A stretch of 64,000 nt of DNA from NCBI GenBank assembly GCA_963514005.1, contig OY740792.1, positions 63,054,001-63,118,000 of the forward strand, read 5' to 3'. The position numbers and the translations under genes are program-made. Origin of the DNA: Raja brachyura. Taxonomy: Eukaryota. Shown here in pieces: positions 1 through 12,769 of the stretch. The notes below the pieces were generated by a model. That model was not told the origin of the DNA, did no database searches, and was given only the letters and a program-made list of their open reading frames with translations. The number at the start of each line of letters is the position of its first letter. Within the stretch, counting starts at the first letter, position 1.

Positions 1-3000
1 GAATCTAGTCAGTCGTTTTTTTTGCTCCCTGAAAGAGTCTACATTTTGAATATTGTAGTTTACATTTTGACAGCATGGAATCACAGATTTTGAATGCTAT
101 TATATTGCACACCCTTAAATATTCACCTGCAATGCTACCTTCTGAAATGGCTATGAAAGATTGTCTAACATGGGGTATATTCCTCAGCATGTTTCATATC
201 ATTATTTAGAATGATTGCTAAACGCGACAGTACTTCTCAGAGGTGGTTGCAGTGTTGTCATGCAAGAACCCTGGAGCCTGTGTAACAAATACTATTTTAG
301 TGTCAGCACATGCAGCAATAGTCAGTTATTGATACATGTGTATGGACATTGATCAGTGTTGACATTCACTCTGCATTTTGCTTTAGGAATTGAATATAGT
401 ACCCATTGCTACTATATATGGGCATTACCACACAGTAAAACTGCAGTATCAAAATATATAGTTTTTTTTCCATCAAACACTTGAGTTCAGTTATCTTTGC
501 CATGTTTTAAGTGTCATCATGTTTAAATAATAGATAGCAAATCACTTAGTCATTGTATTCTGCAGAATTGGGGTGAACAAAAAAGTTTGGAGCTCAGCTA
601 GCCTGTCCAAGAGTATTTACCTTTTAATCTATTAACTTAAAATAATCCCTCAAAATGGCAAAAATACTACTGTTTTTTCAATGAATCTTCCATATCTCTC
701 AGTGAGAGGGGGCAATAAGCAGACGTTGTGCTGGATTGGTCTTTGCTCCCTTCTGTGTAGCTGAGAAACATTTTCATTCTGGTGGTCTGATGTTCACATT
801 AGAGTACTAGGACATGATTTTTTTAGCAGAATTATATATCAAAAGATGCAACTTGGGAGTACGGTATTCATGAACTACAGCATCCAGACAATTTTGCAAA
901 CATTTATTTTTCTGGATTCCGGCTTTCCAATCAAAAAATTCCAAAAACTCTTGCTCATCCGCAAACGCTTTAAAAAATATTAGCCATTTCTTCATTATCT
1001 GTGTGAAAAGCCCAATGAAAACATTGCTGCTGACTCAGATTTAAGGAGGCTTGGCTGACTATTTATCTTTAGGGTGCTTTCTTTGACATGCCCTCTGAGG
1101 AAAGAAATGTCCGATGTACGGCTTGAAATGCTACAATGGTTCTGTTATCACTTAGTCTTTCCTTTTGTTGAGACTCTTCCTCTTTTTAGTGTGCTAGGGC
1201 TTGAAACAAACATCACTATTTGTCTGTAATTTAAACATTCCCTTCGCTTAGAATGGAACCACAATTTATAATTGATCAAACTCTTCAATGTAATTGATAA
1301 CATTTAAGCGAATATTTTATTTAGGCAAGTGATGATTCTTTGATGATTGCTATCAGGAGTGGTGCCTTTAAACTCTCTTCCCTTTCTTCCCCTCCTGTTT
1401 TCCACCAAGAAAATCTCAAAGAAAGCAGAATAAATGTGTCCACTCTTCATTGGTAACTCCATTAATAGTGCTAAGATCTGTGCTATGAATCAATGAGTAG
1501 GGTAGGAAAACCAGTCTAGTGTTTCAGTTATTAAATATTAAAAAATGTAAGATTAATTAAAGTAGCAATAAAGCAAATTAAGAATTCTGATTCTGAAGGT
1601 TCATGAGAATGTTACCTAAAGATATGAAGGTAGAATTGATTCTCATTTCAGTGATTGGTTATGTAAAGAGCTCCACAGTCTTGGAAAAATGATGTAAAGA
1701 AAAGTCTTGATATGTCCATTTCAGTTATATCAGAGCACTTGGAACAAAAGTATGGATCCGGTTGTATAGCACATTAGTAAATGAAGGAATTCTGAGGAAG
1801 AAAATGAAATGTGTCAGATGTATTTCCCTGACGTATTATAATGCCAGACAGGTGTGTACAGTTAACTTCCAGTGACCTTTGGTTAACGTCAACTCGTAAT
1901 TCATAAATGCTTCATTTGTACCATAGGACAATCAAGCTAACTTTTCTGTAATTCTAGGAATCTTGAGCTGTAACAGAAATTATCGGTTATCGTTTTATTG
2001 TTGTGTTAACATTGCACCAGAGCAAATGTTAAGAACTGTTGAGATGAATTACCTGAGGAAAAAAAAAATCTGATACTGGGTAACAAGATGTGGTGATATT
2101 CCACCATATTTTGTTGTGTAATGGAATGCATTTTTTAAAATATATTGCTGTACAGTCCAGTCAGCAGTTATTAATATTATAATCTCAGTTCCCATATTAG
2201 TCTATGGACTTGAAAAAGCTATAAATTCCTGAATCGTACATCGGATTGTTACAACTTTAGTAGTGAATTTTGAAATTGCTTTGTTTTTCAGTAGGGTCAT
2301 TAGTGAAAAAAATCTTATTTACGTGTTTGCTGCAGGAATTAGCAAGAGGAAATGTATACCAAATCCAGTGATGTGTTACTGGAGTTTAAATATAGGCCCC
2401 CGAAATGTAAATTATTTCATTTTCTTCCTCAGTTGCTTAAATGCTAGTGTCACCGTTTATCCTAGGTACAGGAGCAGATGTATACCTCATTTCTAACTCG
2501 TGACCGAGTAACTCACTTTAATATCCCCACCACTCCTAATCTCCTCTCCCCAAGTCCCTCAGAGTGGCTGAACCTGCCACTGATGATACTTCTAAAAACA
2601 TTTTCTGACATGTATCGATCAGCACTAGCATGACAAGTGAGCAACAACAGTCACAATTGACAGGGTAAGTAAAATTGATCATTTTGCAGTCCCTTAGCTT
2701 TGTAGCCTGGCCATTGATGACTTTGCCCCTTTCTCCACTGGAATTGTAACTAAAACTGCTGAACCTTCTCTCATCTGTGTTGTAAACTATCGCCTTCACA
2801 GTCAATGCACTCTGTTCTGAGTTGTTTCCATGACAGCTTGGGCAAGTCATTGGCTCGCTTGCCACTCTCAACCAGGTAAACTGGTGAGATGTTAAGGTAG
2901 ATCATCACTTGACACAATGTATCCCATTAAATGTTAACCCCAATATTTAGCAAGTTGAACCCACCTCTGGGGTTGGAGACACAATTTGATCTGAAGAAGT

Positions 3001-6000
3001 GAAAATGGTGGTTTGATTCAGCTTGCTGAAATTTTCTGTTAAGCATATCAATCAGTCAAAGCATAAATTGTTTAGCTTTGACCCTTTGGTCATTGATAAC
3101 ATAGCTTCTATTGTACTTCTCCAAAGCCCCACATAAATACAAATATATAGTTTGCACTTGATTATCATGTGTAGATCCAGACTTGGTGCATTTGTGTTTA
3201 CTGGAAGCTACAATATGTTTTCTTTGATTATTCTATACCGTTGTCATTTAGTGACGATTCTTCTCCTCAGCTTTGTCCCTCCAGTGTTAGCCAAGTGCAA
3301 GTAGACAATTGCATAGGAGAGTGCAAGTGGGCAAATACTGGTTGTATATCAAAAGGCTGTTCAGTTTTGACAATCTTCTATCAGATCAGGTAAGGGTACT
3401 GTTGCCCATCGTTGAAAAAAAAAAAAAACTACCCTGATGAATAGTGATCACTCTGAATGTAAATGATGGTGATGGTCTTTCCTGCCATGCTTAGTGCTTT
3501 TGTTACATGACAGCAACCTTACATTGTGCTGATAAAACCAAAGACTTTATTAATGATTGTATGAACTAAATTTTTTAATGTCTTCAGTCCTATACTAATC
3601 TTATTTCTAAAGTGTGAATTGCTTACAGTAACTAAAGAATTGCATAAATTAAAGAAATCGGCTTCATTCTTTCTACCAAAGCAGTGGAGGACTGCTGAAA
3701 GTGGAGCGCCATGTGCTATTTGATTGGTGAAAAGACTGGAGACTCCTGTGGTAGGATTAGCTCTTCTGGGGGGCATTTATCCCTGTGGGCTGGGTAATTT
3801 GAATTTATACACATTGAGGTGCTCTTCAGAACTGACTGTAACTAGCTGGATGCTGCCAATTGATTTTGTGAAAGAAAAATAAAGACTAAAAAAGATGTAG
3901 CTTGTGTATAAAGGTTTCATCTCCTTTTCATTAATACCACTGTGCAACTATGCATTGTATTCCTCAACCTTGTGCTAGATAGACACTCTACTTTTTTTTG
4001 TGTAGAGAAGGAATTTTTTTATGTTATGGAGATTTTTTTGAGGGGGTTGAAGGATCATGCAAGCTCTATCCCAAAGCAAAATACAAATGTTAACATGCGC
4101 CTAATGCAGATACCAAAGATTTGTTTCTTCTTTGCAACCTTAGAATTGTGTATTAAATGCAATTACCCAGCAGGTCTAACCTCAGTCATTCCAAAGCTTA
4201 GATGTATATTTTGGTATATTTCTGGGATAAAATTGTTTTTTTTTTGGTTGTCAAATCCTTGTTTGTTTCCGTGTATTGCTCTATAAGTCATGGCATGAGA
4301 TGATAAATTGTCTTTCTTGGTAGTTTAAGATATAGTATTTTTGTATGTTTTGGGTGTGTTTTTGTGTGTGAGAACATAACTGTTTTTCACTGCCTAGTTG
4401 TTCATAGTTTTAAAACTGTACATATTATCCAATTTTGGACGTCCGCAGGCTTATATTCTTTAGATGTGTTATTTATTGGAAGGTTTTTAAAGAAGATTTT
4501 CAATAGGCGGTATTCCTTTCTATATTGAAAAAAAATGTATAACTACGTAATATCTTTGAAAGTTAAATCGGTTTAAACAAAATACAGCTTGTTCACAAAA
4601 TAATTTGGTGTTTTTATATGTAAAAAAGACGTGGGTATCCCAAAATTTCCAATTGGAATAATATAAGATATGGTTATATGTGCCTACTGTTGACGTGTAT
4701 TGAAAATAAAATCCTAGTAAATAGCAGAATGAATCTTGTTCGTTCCAGCCTCTTGGTACTAGCTTTGCTCCTTTCCTTCCCACCCTTTGGACTCCACTGG
4801 CAGTGAGTCTCCTTCAGAGAAGTGACACTGTTAGTTGTCATGTATATTCTTCAGTAGACGCCCACTAGATAGCGTCCAACTTAATTTATGATTCAGTCAT
4901 TCGGCTGATCACTTTGTTGATGTATACATTCCTGATGATTCTATCCAGTCACATATGATATTGTTTAATAGCGAATTGTGGGAATTAATACTGGCCAAAA
5001 AAGATATGTAGATATAATTTTTGGTGGTCTTTTACATTGATTCTATGTACAAATTCTGTTAATGATCAAAAGGAATACTGTTGTGTGTTAGTAAATGTCA
5101 TGATTTGATCATTATGTCTGAGCGAAGATGTGTAACAACTCGGCAAGTGTGATCACATGGTTCTCAGCGGCTTTGAACGATTCGCACATGTGCATGTTGT
5201 ATTTCCTGTACAATAAGATGGCAGCACAGGTAACCTGCGGACGTCCCTGCATCCAGTGCACCTTAATGCAGTACTGCAGTTGAGTGTGTCCACATATACA
5301 CAGAAAGTATCTTTATGTATAAACATCTAATAGATGATTAAAACTGTCAAACCTTTTACCAGTGCAAATGTTGCAAAAAAAAAAAGTAGCACATGTTAGT
5401 GACATCATCTGAGTGTTGAGAATCTGTTGGCTTTAAGTTTATTGCAGCCCATGTTTGCTTCAAACTGCCCATGTTTGCTTGTTTTAAAAGGGTGTGTTGT
5501 CTGGGGCAAAATTCAGTCCGCATAAAATGAACTGAAAATTTCAACCATGCAACAATGCAAATCTATAACTATAAAGTCAATTAAGATTTTTGAATGGTCC
5601 TTGAAAGAGATTTGGGATGTAAATGCAAACTGCATAAACATTTGGGGTTAAAAATGTATTTGTCAGACTATTTCTCACTTTCATCAAAATGGCCTTTGTT
5701 CAGAAATGTTAATAAGGTTTAGGAAAAAAATGTGAAAACATTACTAATGATGAGATTGTGGAATATTGCAAAAATCAATGTTTCACGAAGGCCAATTACA
5801 TTTTTGCATTCCGGTTTCCCCAGACATATCAATTGTACAGTTGAACAATACATGTTACAAATCTCTTATAATTACGGAACATTTGCAGTTGCTACAGTCT
5901 GTATATTTCTGAAAAAGCCCATCGTACCACTTGGTAATACGTACACCATCTGTGATGTTCTTCTGGATGCATGGCTTAAAGCTTGTACAAAGCTAGCCCA

Positions 6001-9000
6001 AATCAATACCTTTGATTGAAAATGTTTAATCTTGATGAATTGCAATTGATACTTGCAACTATTATTACATCTAATTAAAGTGCCAGCATAGATTCCAAAG
6101 AAATCTATGTATTTTTTAAGAATCCTTCAATGTTGGCACAGGATCACCTAGGAAAACTGGCCAAATTCGATAAATTGAAGGTATTTGCTGTCTGCTTAAT
6201 ATAGGCATCTTATAACCTTTTTACTCTTGAAGATAAATTGGTAAATCCTTTAACTAATTAAGAAACATTATGAGAACTGAATGAGAAGGCATTCATGGAA
6301 ATTAACTTAAGAGGCAAATGTTTTTTAAAACTCTTATTGCTTCCCGTTACCAAACCTACTTGTATCGGTTTTATATAACAACTTAAGTAATAGCCCCTAA
6401 TTCTGAGTCTGGTTGCTCTTTCAAAATAAATAATGATATACAAACTAAATGCTTAAAATTTTTAATTTGAGTCGGAACAGTCATATTGATAGACACCACT
6501 TCATACAATTTTCCAGTCTTACCATATTTTGGGGGACATTTTAATTCAACCAACATTAATGCTCTGTTTGTGAAAGATTCTAATAGTTTAGAAATCTTTT
6601 TACTTTCAGATGGTTTTTATTCTTTTCATGGCAGGTAATAAATATCCATCCCAAACTGTCCTTCAATTGAGTTTTCTTAACATCTCAGAGGGCTGTTGAC
6701 GTTGATTTCATCATAAATTGACTGAATTTTTAATAATTATCTTTAAATGTTTGTGCTCCAAATGATTGGATTTGTTACCTCCCATTCTTTTATTATTAAG
6801 CCAACCACAGAGCTAAAATGTATCTCCAATCATTTTAATCATTCACTCTTTTTGTTAAAATACTGTTGGAAGGAAAACAATTTTCACAGATTGATAACAC
6901 ATCAATACAGGTCGCCAGAAACACTTGGACCACTAATTAATAATGTGCAGAACTGACACAATACTAGCAATTAGCAGTAAAATGGAGAAACGAGAAACTG
7001 CAGGCGCTGATTTACTAAAGTAAACCTTTGTAAACTGGTCCGACAAAGGGTCCCAATCTGAAACGTCACCCATCCATGGTCTCCACAGGGTTACTCCAGC
7101 ACTTTGTGTCTTATTTTCAATACCAATTAGCAGGTTAAGTTTTTTTTAATGTATTGGAAAATTATAGCAGGGTGATTAAAACATTATTATTTCTAAATCT
7201 ATTGTATGTGAAAGCATAGCCTTCCCATTGATTTGTCCGATGGTGTCAATAAGCAAGCGTCAGTAATAGTTGACAGATAGCCTTTTAATTAAATAATTCA
7301 TCATCACCACCATATATCCAAACCCAGCAGTAATGCCTAATCTAAAGCTATTAGCTATTTTGACAATAACCACATAAAAATGATTGAGAAAGTTTGGTGT
7401 AAACAGTTTTTTAAGTAAAGGAAAAGAATGTGGATATGAAAGGAAACTCTTGCACCCATTTTGCCCCAGTTATCTTAATGAGTTGTGGTCATCAAGGTTC
7501 TGACAAATGCCTTCTTTAATTAAAAACTAATCTTCACTGAGATCCAGAATTGGAACATCACAAGATGGTTTATCTTGTATTACTAATGCATCACTTTTTG
7601 TTTAACTTGCATTCGTTGTGCAACATTTGCTGGTATTTATTTCATGAATAGCATGACATTTTTGAAGAGTAGCAATGAGGAAATTTAAAATCACGAGGTT
7701 AAAAATATGAATGCCACATTTTGTTGTGTATAAAGTAATTCCAACATGACCTGGTGTGAATGCACATTTCATTATATTGTACATTGACACATTGCAACAG
7801 TGAGGCATTATTGTTAAGCATTGGTTTGCATATTGCTGTGTACTGGTATAACCATATTAACTTACAATGTACAGTATCACTTCTGGCTCAAGATGAACTT
7901 GAGAAAAAAGATTAACCTTTGGGAAATTGTAAGGACTAAACTGTCAGGATATTAAATTTTACACTTTGACAAATGTAGTTATTTGATGTCATTTGGTGTT
8001 TTCTTATTTCTGGTCCGAAATATTCTGTTTAGTGTTAGCACTTTTCCTCAAGGAAACGCATGAATGTGTGGCTACCCATCGTCCGATCTCAGTTATCTTA
8101 AAACATTGTATATTGAGTCCTGCAACTCACTTGCATAACTTTAACTGGAACCACTGAATTGAATCTCAATGATTGGGGGACTTTAATCTACTACTGATAA
8201 TTTTTGGAAAATAATTTTGCAAAAAAAAATTAAGACTTTGGGAAAAATTATTTATTCTTTTGGGATTCTACACTGAATAATTACTGATGTAACATCAGTG
8301 CTTCGAAATCAGCATTAACACTGAAGCAGTTATTGACTTTGTTTTCACTGACGTTTTAATTTTTTTAGTCGTATATCGCTAATTAAATATCTATTTGTGG
8401 AATTTAGTTTAAAAATCAATTTCTTGTTGAATGGGAATAATAATATAGCTAATGTTTATGGTATTAAAGTTGGAAAAATAATTTAGTTGGAAATTAAAGA
8501 TGGCGAAATGGCATTATATTTGAAAAGACAAAATGTGGGTTTCATATCTACTGTGGTCATCTTTACCAAACTAGAAATTAATTAGGATTTATGGATATTT
8601 GCCTTTTTTTAAGTTTATGAATTTCTGATTCTCATTTTTTTTGTATTTGAACAAATATGTGTAGATAGTGAAACTGCTTCCATCACATCAAACGCCTCAG
8701 TCCCCTTCACTTAGGAAACTGGTTCATACACATGTAGATGAATCATCTGTCAGTGTATAGGTGGGACTGGGACTGTCTATTTGTATCAGGAACGCTAACA
8801 AAAGAGCCAGAAAACAAACCATTCTAAACTGGCAGGTGGCAACTCTAAGCACAACATTTCAAATCCTTTCCAGTCAAGACGTGATAACAGAACTTCTTAA
8901 ATTTAAACTTTTAATGAAGATTTGGTTTGGGTGATTGCACATATAGGTGATGCTGCCTGGTTTTAGAGCCATGGTTTTAGTGGCTGCTGGTCTGATCTGC

Positions 9001-9290
9001 TGTACATTGGATATATATTTGAGCTTTAAGGTGTTAATTTATTCCCACCCCATTAATTTAAATATATATATTCAAACTAAATCCTATTTTTCTAATTTAT
9101 TATGAAACCAGGTACACAGTGATAAGTATTCTTGATAATTGAGTTGCTCAGTTATATTAGAAATACAAATTTAACAATATTGCTTCTGTCTGCATTAAGG
9201 CACTTAGGTTTTTAATTTCCTTTTCCAAAATCATTTCTTTTGTATAGTACTCATTGCCAATAAAGCTGTTCTCAACAACTGCCACAAAAT
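1..9290 (+). other. Long, AT-rich, transposon-depleted region; candidate long 3' UTR of the convergent neighbouring gene (POU2F1 by mammalian synteny)
   Basis: Only one small repeat recognised in ~11 kb versus dense repeats beyond 12.3 kb; no recognisable ORF; AATAAA at 9259-9264 followed by T/GT-rich sequence. Gene identity is inference from the tail-to-tail POU2F1/CD247 arrangement in mammals. Confidence 0.45.
6978..7123. mobile_element. Short degenerate Penelope-derived insertion
   Basis: Matches the recurring gaaactgcag..gctg / aagggtccc..gaaacgtcacc / ttactccagcactttgtgtc unit; flanked by direct repeat CAATTAGCAG (6968-6977, 7124-7133). Confidence 0.65.
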
Positions 9291-11245
9291 AATTCCATTG
9301 CAGCTTGATTTTTTTTGTATTGTAATGTGGTCATTTTATCTAATCATTTTGTATTCATTTTTGTAATGGCGTCTTGGTTCATTAAAAAACTGACTTAAAA
9401 TATTGATGGCAAACTTAGTTTTTTTTCAAGCTTACCTTTTCAGTTCGTTCCTTTCAAGTACTTAAGTAGTGAGGACTTGAATTTTTTTGGTGGTTAATCA
9501 TACAAGGACGACTAAACCACATTATTACACTAACAGCTCGTACCTATTTTGAGCTGCGGTGCAGGTGCTGCATGCATCACGTAGATGATTTGTCACATTT
9601 GTCGTGAAAGTGTATAATTATCGCCATTCACAATGAACACCAAAGCACTGCCCAAGTCTGGACATTTCTGCATTTCTCAAGGACGGGGAAACACGCACAG
9701 GTGGATGGTGTGTGTAAGCAGATGTCCTTGGAAGGGGTGAGCAGGTTAAAGATACAATTCATCACAGCATCTTGACTGTAAAGTCCTCTAAAGTATGAGT
9801 ATGTTTGCAGTGTTTTGACGGTTTGCCAATGCAAGCAGTTAAATGCAACTGATTGATACCAATGCTGGGCATAGGCAGAGCATGCCACTGTTAATTCACT
9901 TTGTCCTTGCCGCCTCTTTCTGCATTTATTTTCAGTCCTAGTGACAACATTGGACAGCATTCCGTCTGCCTGCTAGCGTCTGCTAGATGTAGTGGATCAT
10001 AGGCCACTTTCTCTGCTTCTTGCAATAGAATATCCACTTTGGTTGCCATCAAACAGGATGGAAATACTCAAGGATACATCTTCACTTTTCTGTAGTTGAA
10101 TTATTTCCATAATGTCCAAACAATGTTTGTCCATGGTCAACACGTTTGCCTTCCTATTTGGAGGCATTGAACGTTTTGGAACAACAGCCCATTATATTCA
10201 TTGTCTCTATTATAGTTCCCCTGAAAACCTTAAACTTCTAAATGAGTTGATGTAATTTAAGTTATCTAAGCAAAATGAGCTCTCTTAAACATGTTGAGAT
10301 TGTATAATTCCCGAAGTTTACATAATATACCAATTAATTGCAAAAAATGGGCAGATACAGAGATTCTCCAACTGCACGTTAAAAGATTATAAACATTTCT
10401 CTCTTGCCTTTACCATTTTTAATACAGAAAGGTTTACAGGCATTACAGAAAACAGCTTAAATATAAAAAAAATGTAGGACTGAACAGTGGTTATTTTTTA
10501 AAGAAAATTATCAAAATCAGTTCTGTATTTTGAAATAAGTTAAGACAATGCTGGCATATTCACTAGTTTGTCATGGATGGTTTGTTATATTCTAATTTCC
10601 CCTGCCCACCCAAAGTGTGTTTTTAGTTTGTTTAGGAATCAGTTTTTTTAATAAAGAACTTTTTGGTCTGAAGATTGTGTTAATATTATCATGATCCTGA
10701 TTGTTGCGGCTATTAATATTAAACCAAAAGCATCCAGAACACAATAGCAAATGCTTGTTATTGGCTTGAAGGAAAGTAGCAACATCTATAGTTACCATCT
10801 ACGATTGAATTGCTTTAGTACAACATATTTAAAAGCAAAATCTGATTGAATGGATTTTGAACCTCAGTGACTCGATTCATCCTGGAATCTTACAACATAG
10901 AAAGAAATAAATGGTTCATCGTGCACATATACCAGACCGCTAGAAGACTAAACATCTAGTCCCACACCCTTCAGGTATTTATTCCTTCTTGTTGTAATTA
11001 AATCAGTTTCCACCATTTTTCCAGGCATTGCACTCCAGATCATAGCAACTTTTTAATTAATGGACGTGTAGGCAAACAAGCCATTGTACTTTTTTTCTCC
11101 CATATATATGCATTGCTTGTATTGAATATGTAGACAACTGTACAAAATTTGCCCAGAGATCCAGGGATGGCTGAAAATACTGAATTCTATTTGCTGAAAA
11201 TGCTGTTTTTTGTCTTCGCTTCCTGCCTTTTAAAATATCCCTGAA

Positions 11246-12095
11246 TTTATTAATCTAATGTGAAGATATTTATTAAGAATGACTGTTATATTAACATTTC
11301 AATTGTGATTTCAGTGAGAATTAAAATGGACAGTAAAATGGAAACATACTAACAAGCATTGAGGTAACTTCTGTTCGGCACCTAGTTATGGCATATCATT
11401 ATAGATTCAGGTAGAGATCAACCAATAACAAGCAGGGTAAAACAGGCAATGGTTTTTACAAAAATCGTTTTGTTGTAGCATTACTGTAACTCGTGCAACA
11501 CTACAGAGATCAACAATTCCAGCCATTCATTAGAAAGATGTATAAAAGAGAAAAGATTACTGCTTTGTAATGGTATTATTTACATGGTTCTTTATCTACA
11601 TAATTGATTTTTAAAAGATACTGTTCCGACTAGATATAGGCGATTTCTCATTTAAAGAAAATAATGCCCCATTGACAATGCTATGCAGTCCATTTCCAAT
11701 TTGAAGTTACCTTTTAAATACCTATTTTCACTTGGATAAATGATAAATATTTTCAGCTCCAGCTGAGCATTTCGTTTTGATTTATGCCAGAAGGTAACAA
11801 GGATTGACTTCTAAACTTGAATGAGATTTAGCCTACATTTCTCATTAATTGCAGATTATATCAAGCTAGTTATGTTTTTAGAGGCTTGTAAACTCCGAGA
11901 TTGGCACCATTACAATGGGACACTTCCACGTTGTACTATAATAATGCTAATTCAACTGAGTTTTTAATATTTGCAAGTGAATATTGCAGGGATCATTTGT
12001 AATTTGGCATTACGTTATGTTGATGAAATAAGAGTTCATCCTAAAAGGTTGTCCACTGTTGCTTGTCGTGGGATTCCGTTATCCACTGGAGGAAG
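11246..12095 (-). other. CD247: Probable CD247 3' UTR with candidate polyadenylation signals
   Basis: Follows the stop codon; minus-strand AATAAA hexamers (TTTATT on +) at 11269-11274 and 11246-11251. True 3' end not determinable from sequence. Confidence 0.55.
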
Positions 12096-12179
12096 TCAGC
12101 GACGAGGAGGTGGGGGCATAGCCGGCAATGGATGCATTTGCAGTTCGTCATATGGATCTTGTGTCGCTTGACTCAGTCC
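12096..12179 (-). CDS. CD247: CD3 zeta chain, terminal coding exon 8
   Basis: ttttgcag|GLSQATQDPYDELQMHPLPAMPPPPRR-TGA (cf. human [21 protein letters not shown]); completes ITAM3 YQGL-x7-YDEL. Confidence 0.96.
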   Translation of the reverse strand, partial: GLSQATQDPYDELQMHPLPAMPPPPRR

Positions 12180-12349
12180 CTGCAAAATAATTCCACTGAA
12201 ATCGTTAGCGAAATGTCTGCATCGCAAGGAAGTATTTTTCTATTCTACACTTTTCCCTGTAGATATAATTTGTATATGCCTTTCTGGAAAAAAAAACATG
12301 TATTCCAGGTGTGGGTAAGATATAATAATATGCTGATTATTTTTTTGTG

Positions 12350-12480
12350 AAGTTTTTAAGAAGGAACTGCAGATGCTGGAAAATCGAAGGTAGACAAAAG
12401 TGCTGGAGAAACTCAGCGGGTGCAGCAGCATCTATGGAGCGAAAGATTCGGGCCGCAACCCTTCTTCAGACATTTGTCTA
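12350..12480 (-). mobile_element. Short Penelope-derived terminal-repeat fragment in CD247 intron 7
   Basis: aagaaggaactgcagatgctggaaaatcgaaggtagacaaaagtgctggagaaactcagcggg... shared with the ends of GIY-YIG-coding copies in this window. Confidence 0.75.
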
Positions 12481-12769
12481 CCATCTATTGTGCAGTTCCT
12501 GTGTACTGTTTACCTCCTAAATTGACAGCAATTCTGTCAGTGTTTGTCATTAACCATCCTTCATCAGGGTGGAAGATGTTCCCAGCCAACAAAACATGGA
12601 AGTAAATGTCAACCTTTGCTGGGTTTTGTCTGTGTGATATGTTCAACAACTTATCTATGAGATGTAAATAGCTTTAGAAGGAGACTTTAGCAAATGTAGC
12701 TTAAACACTTGGTTGAAGTAAAAAAGATTCTTTGCAAGATGGGCCAAATGTAGGGAGGTGGAAGATGGT

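Noticed and set aside
3271-3389. Plus-strand exon-like segment with AG/GTAAG ends and an open frame
   Set aside because: Peptide not recognisable and no partner exons found.
5218-5229. Possible 12-nt microexon (aag|ATGGCAGCACAG|gtaacc with upstream TGCATG)
   Set aside because: Weak acceptor, no neighbouring plus-strand coding exons recognised; region better explained as UTR.
9628-9960. Minus-strand ORF as a CD3 eta-like alternative last exon (also 2536-2871)
   Set aside because: No similarity I can recognise and no convincing acceptor; ORFs of this length occur by chance.
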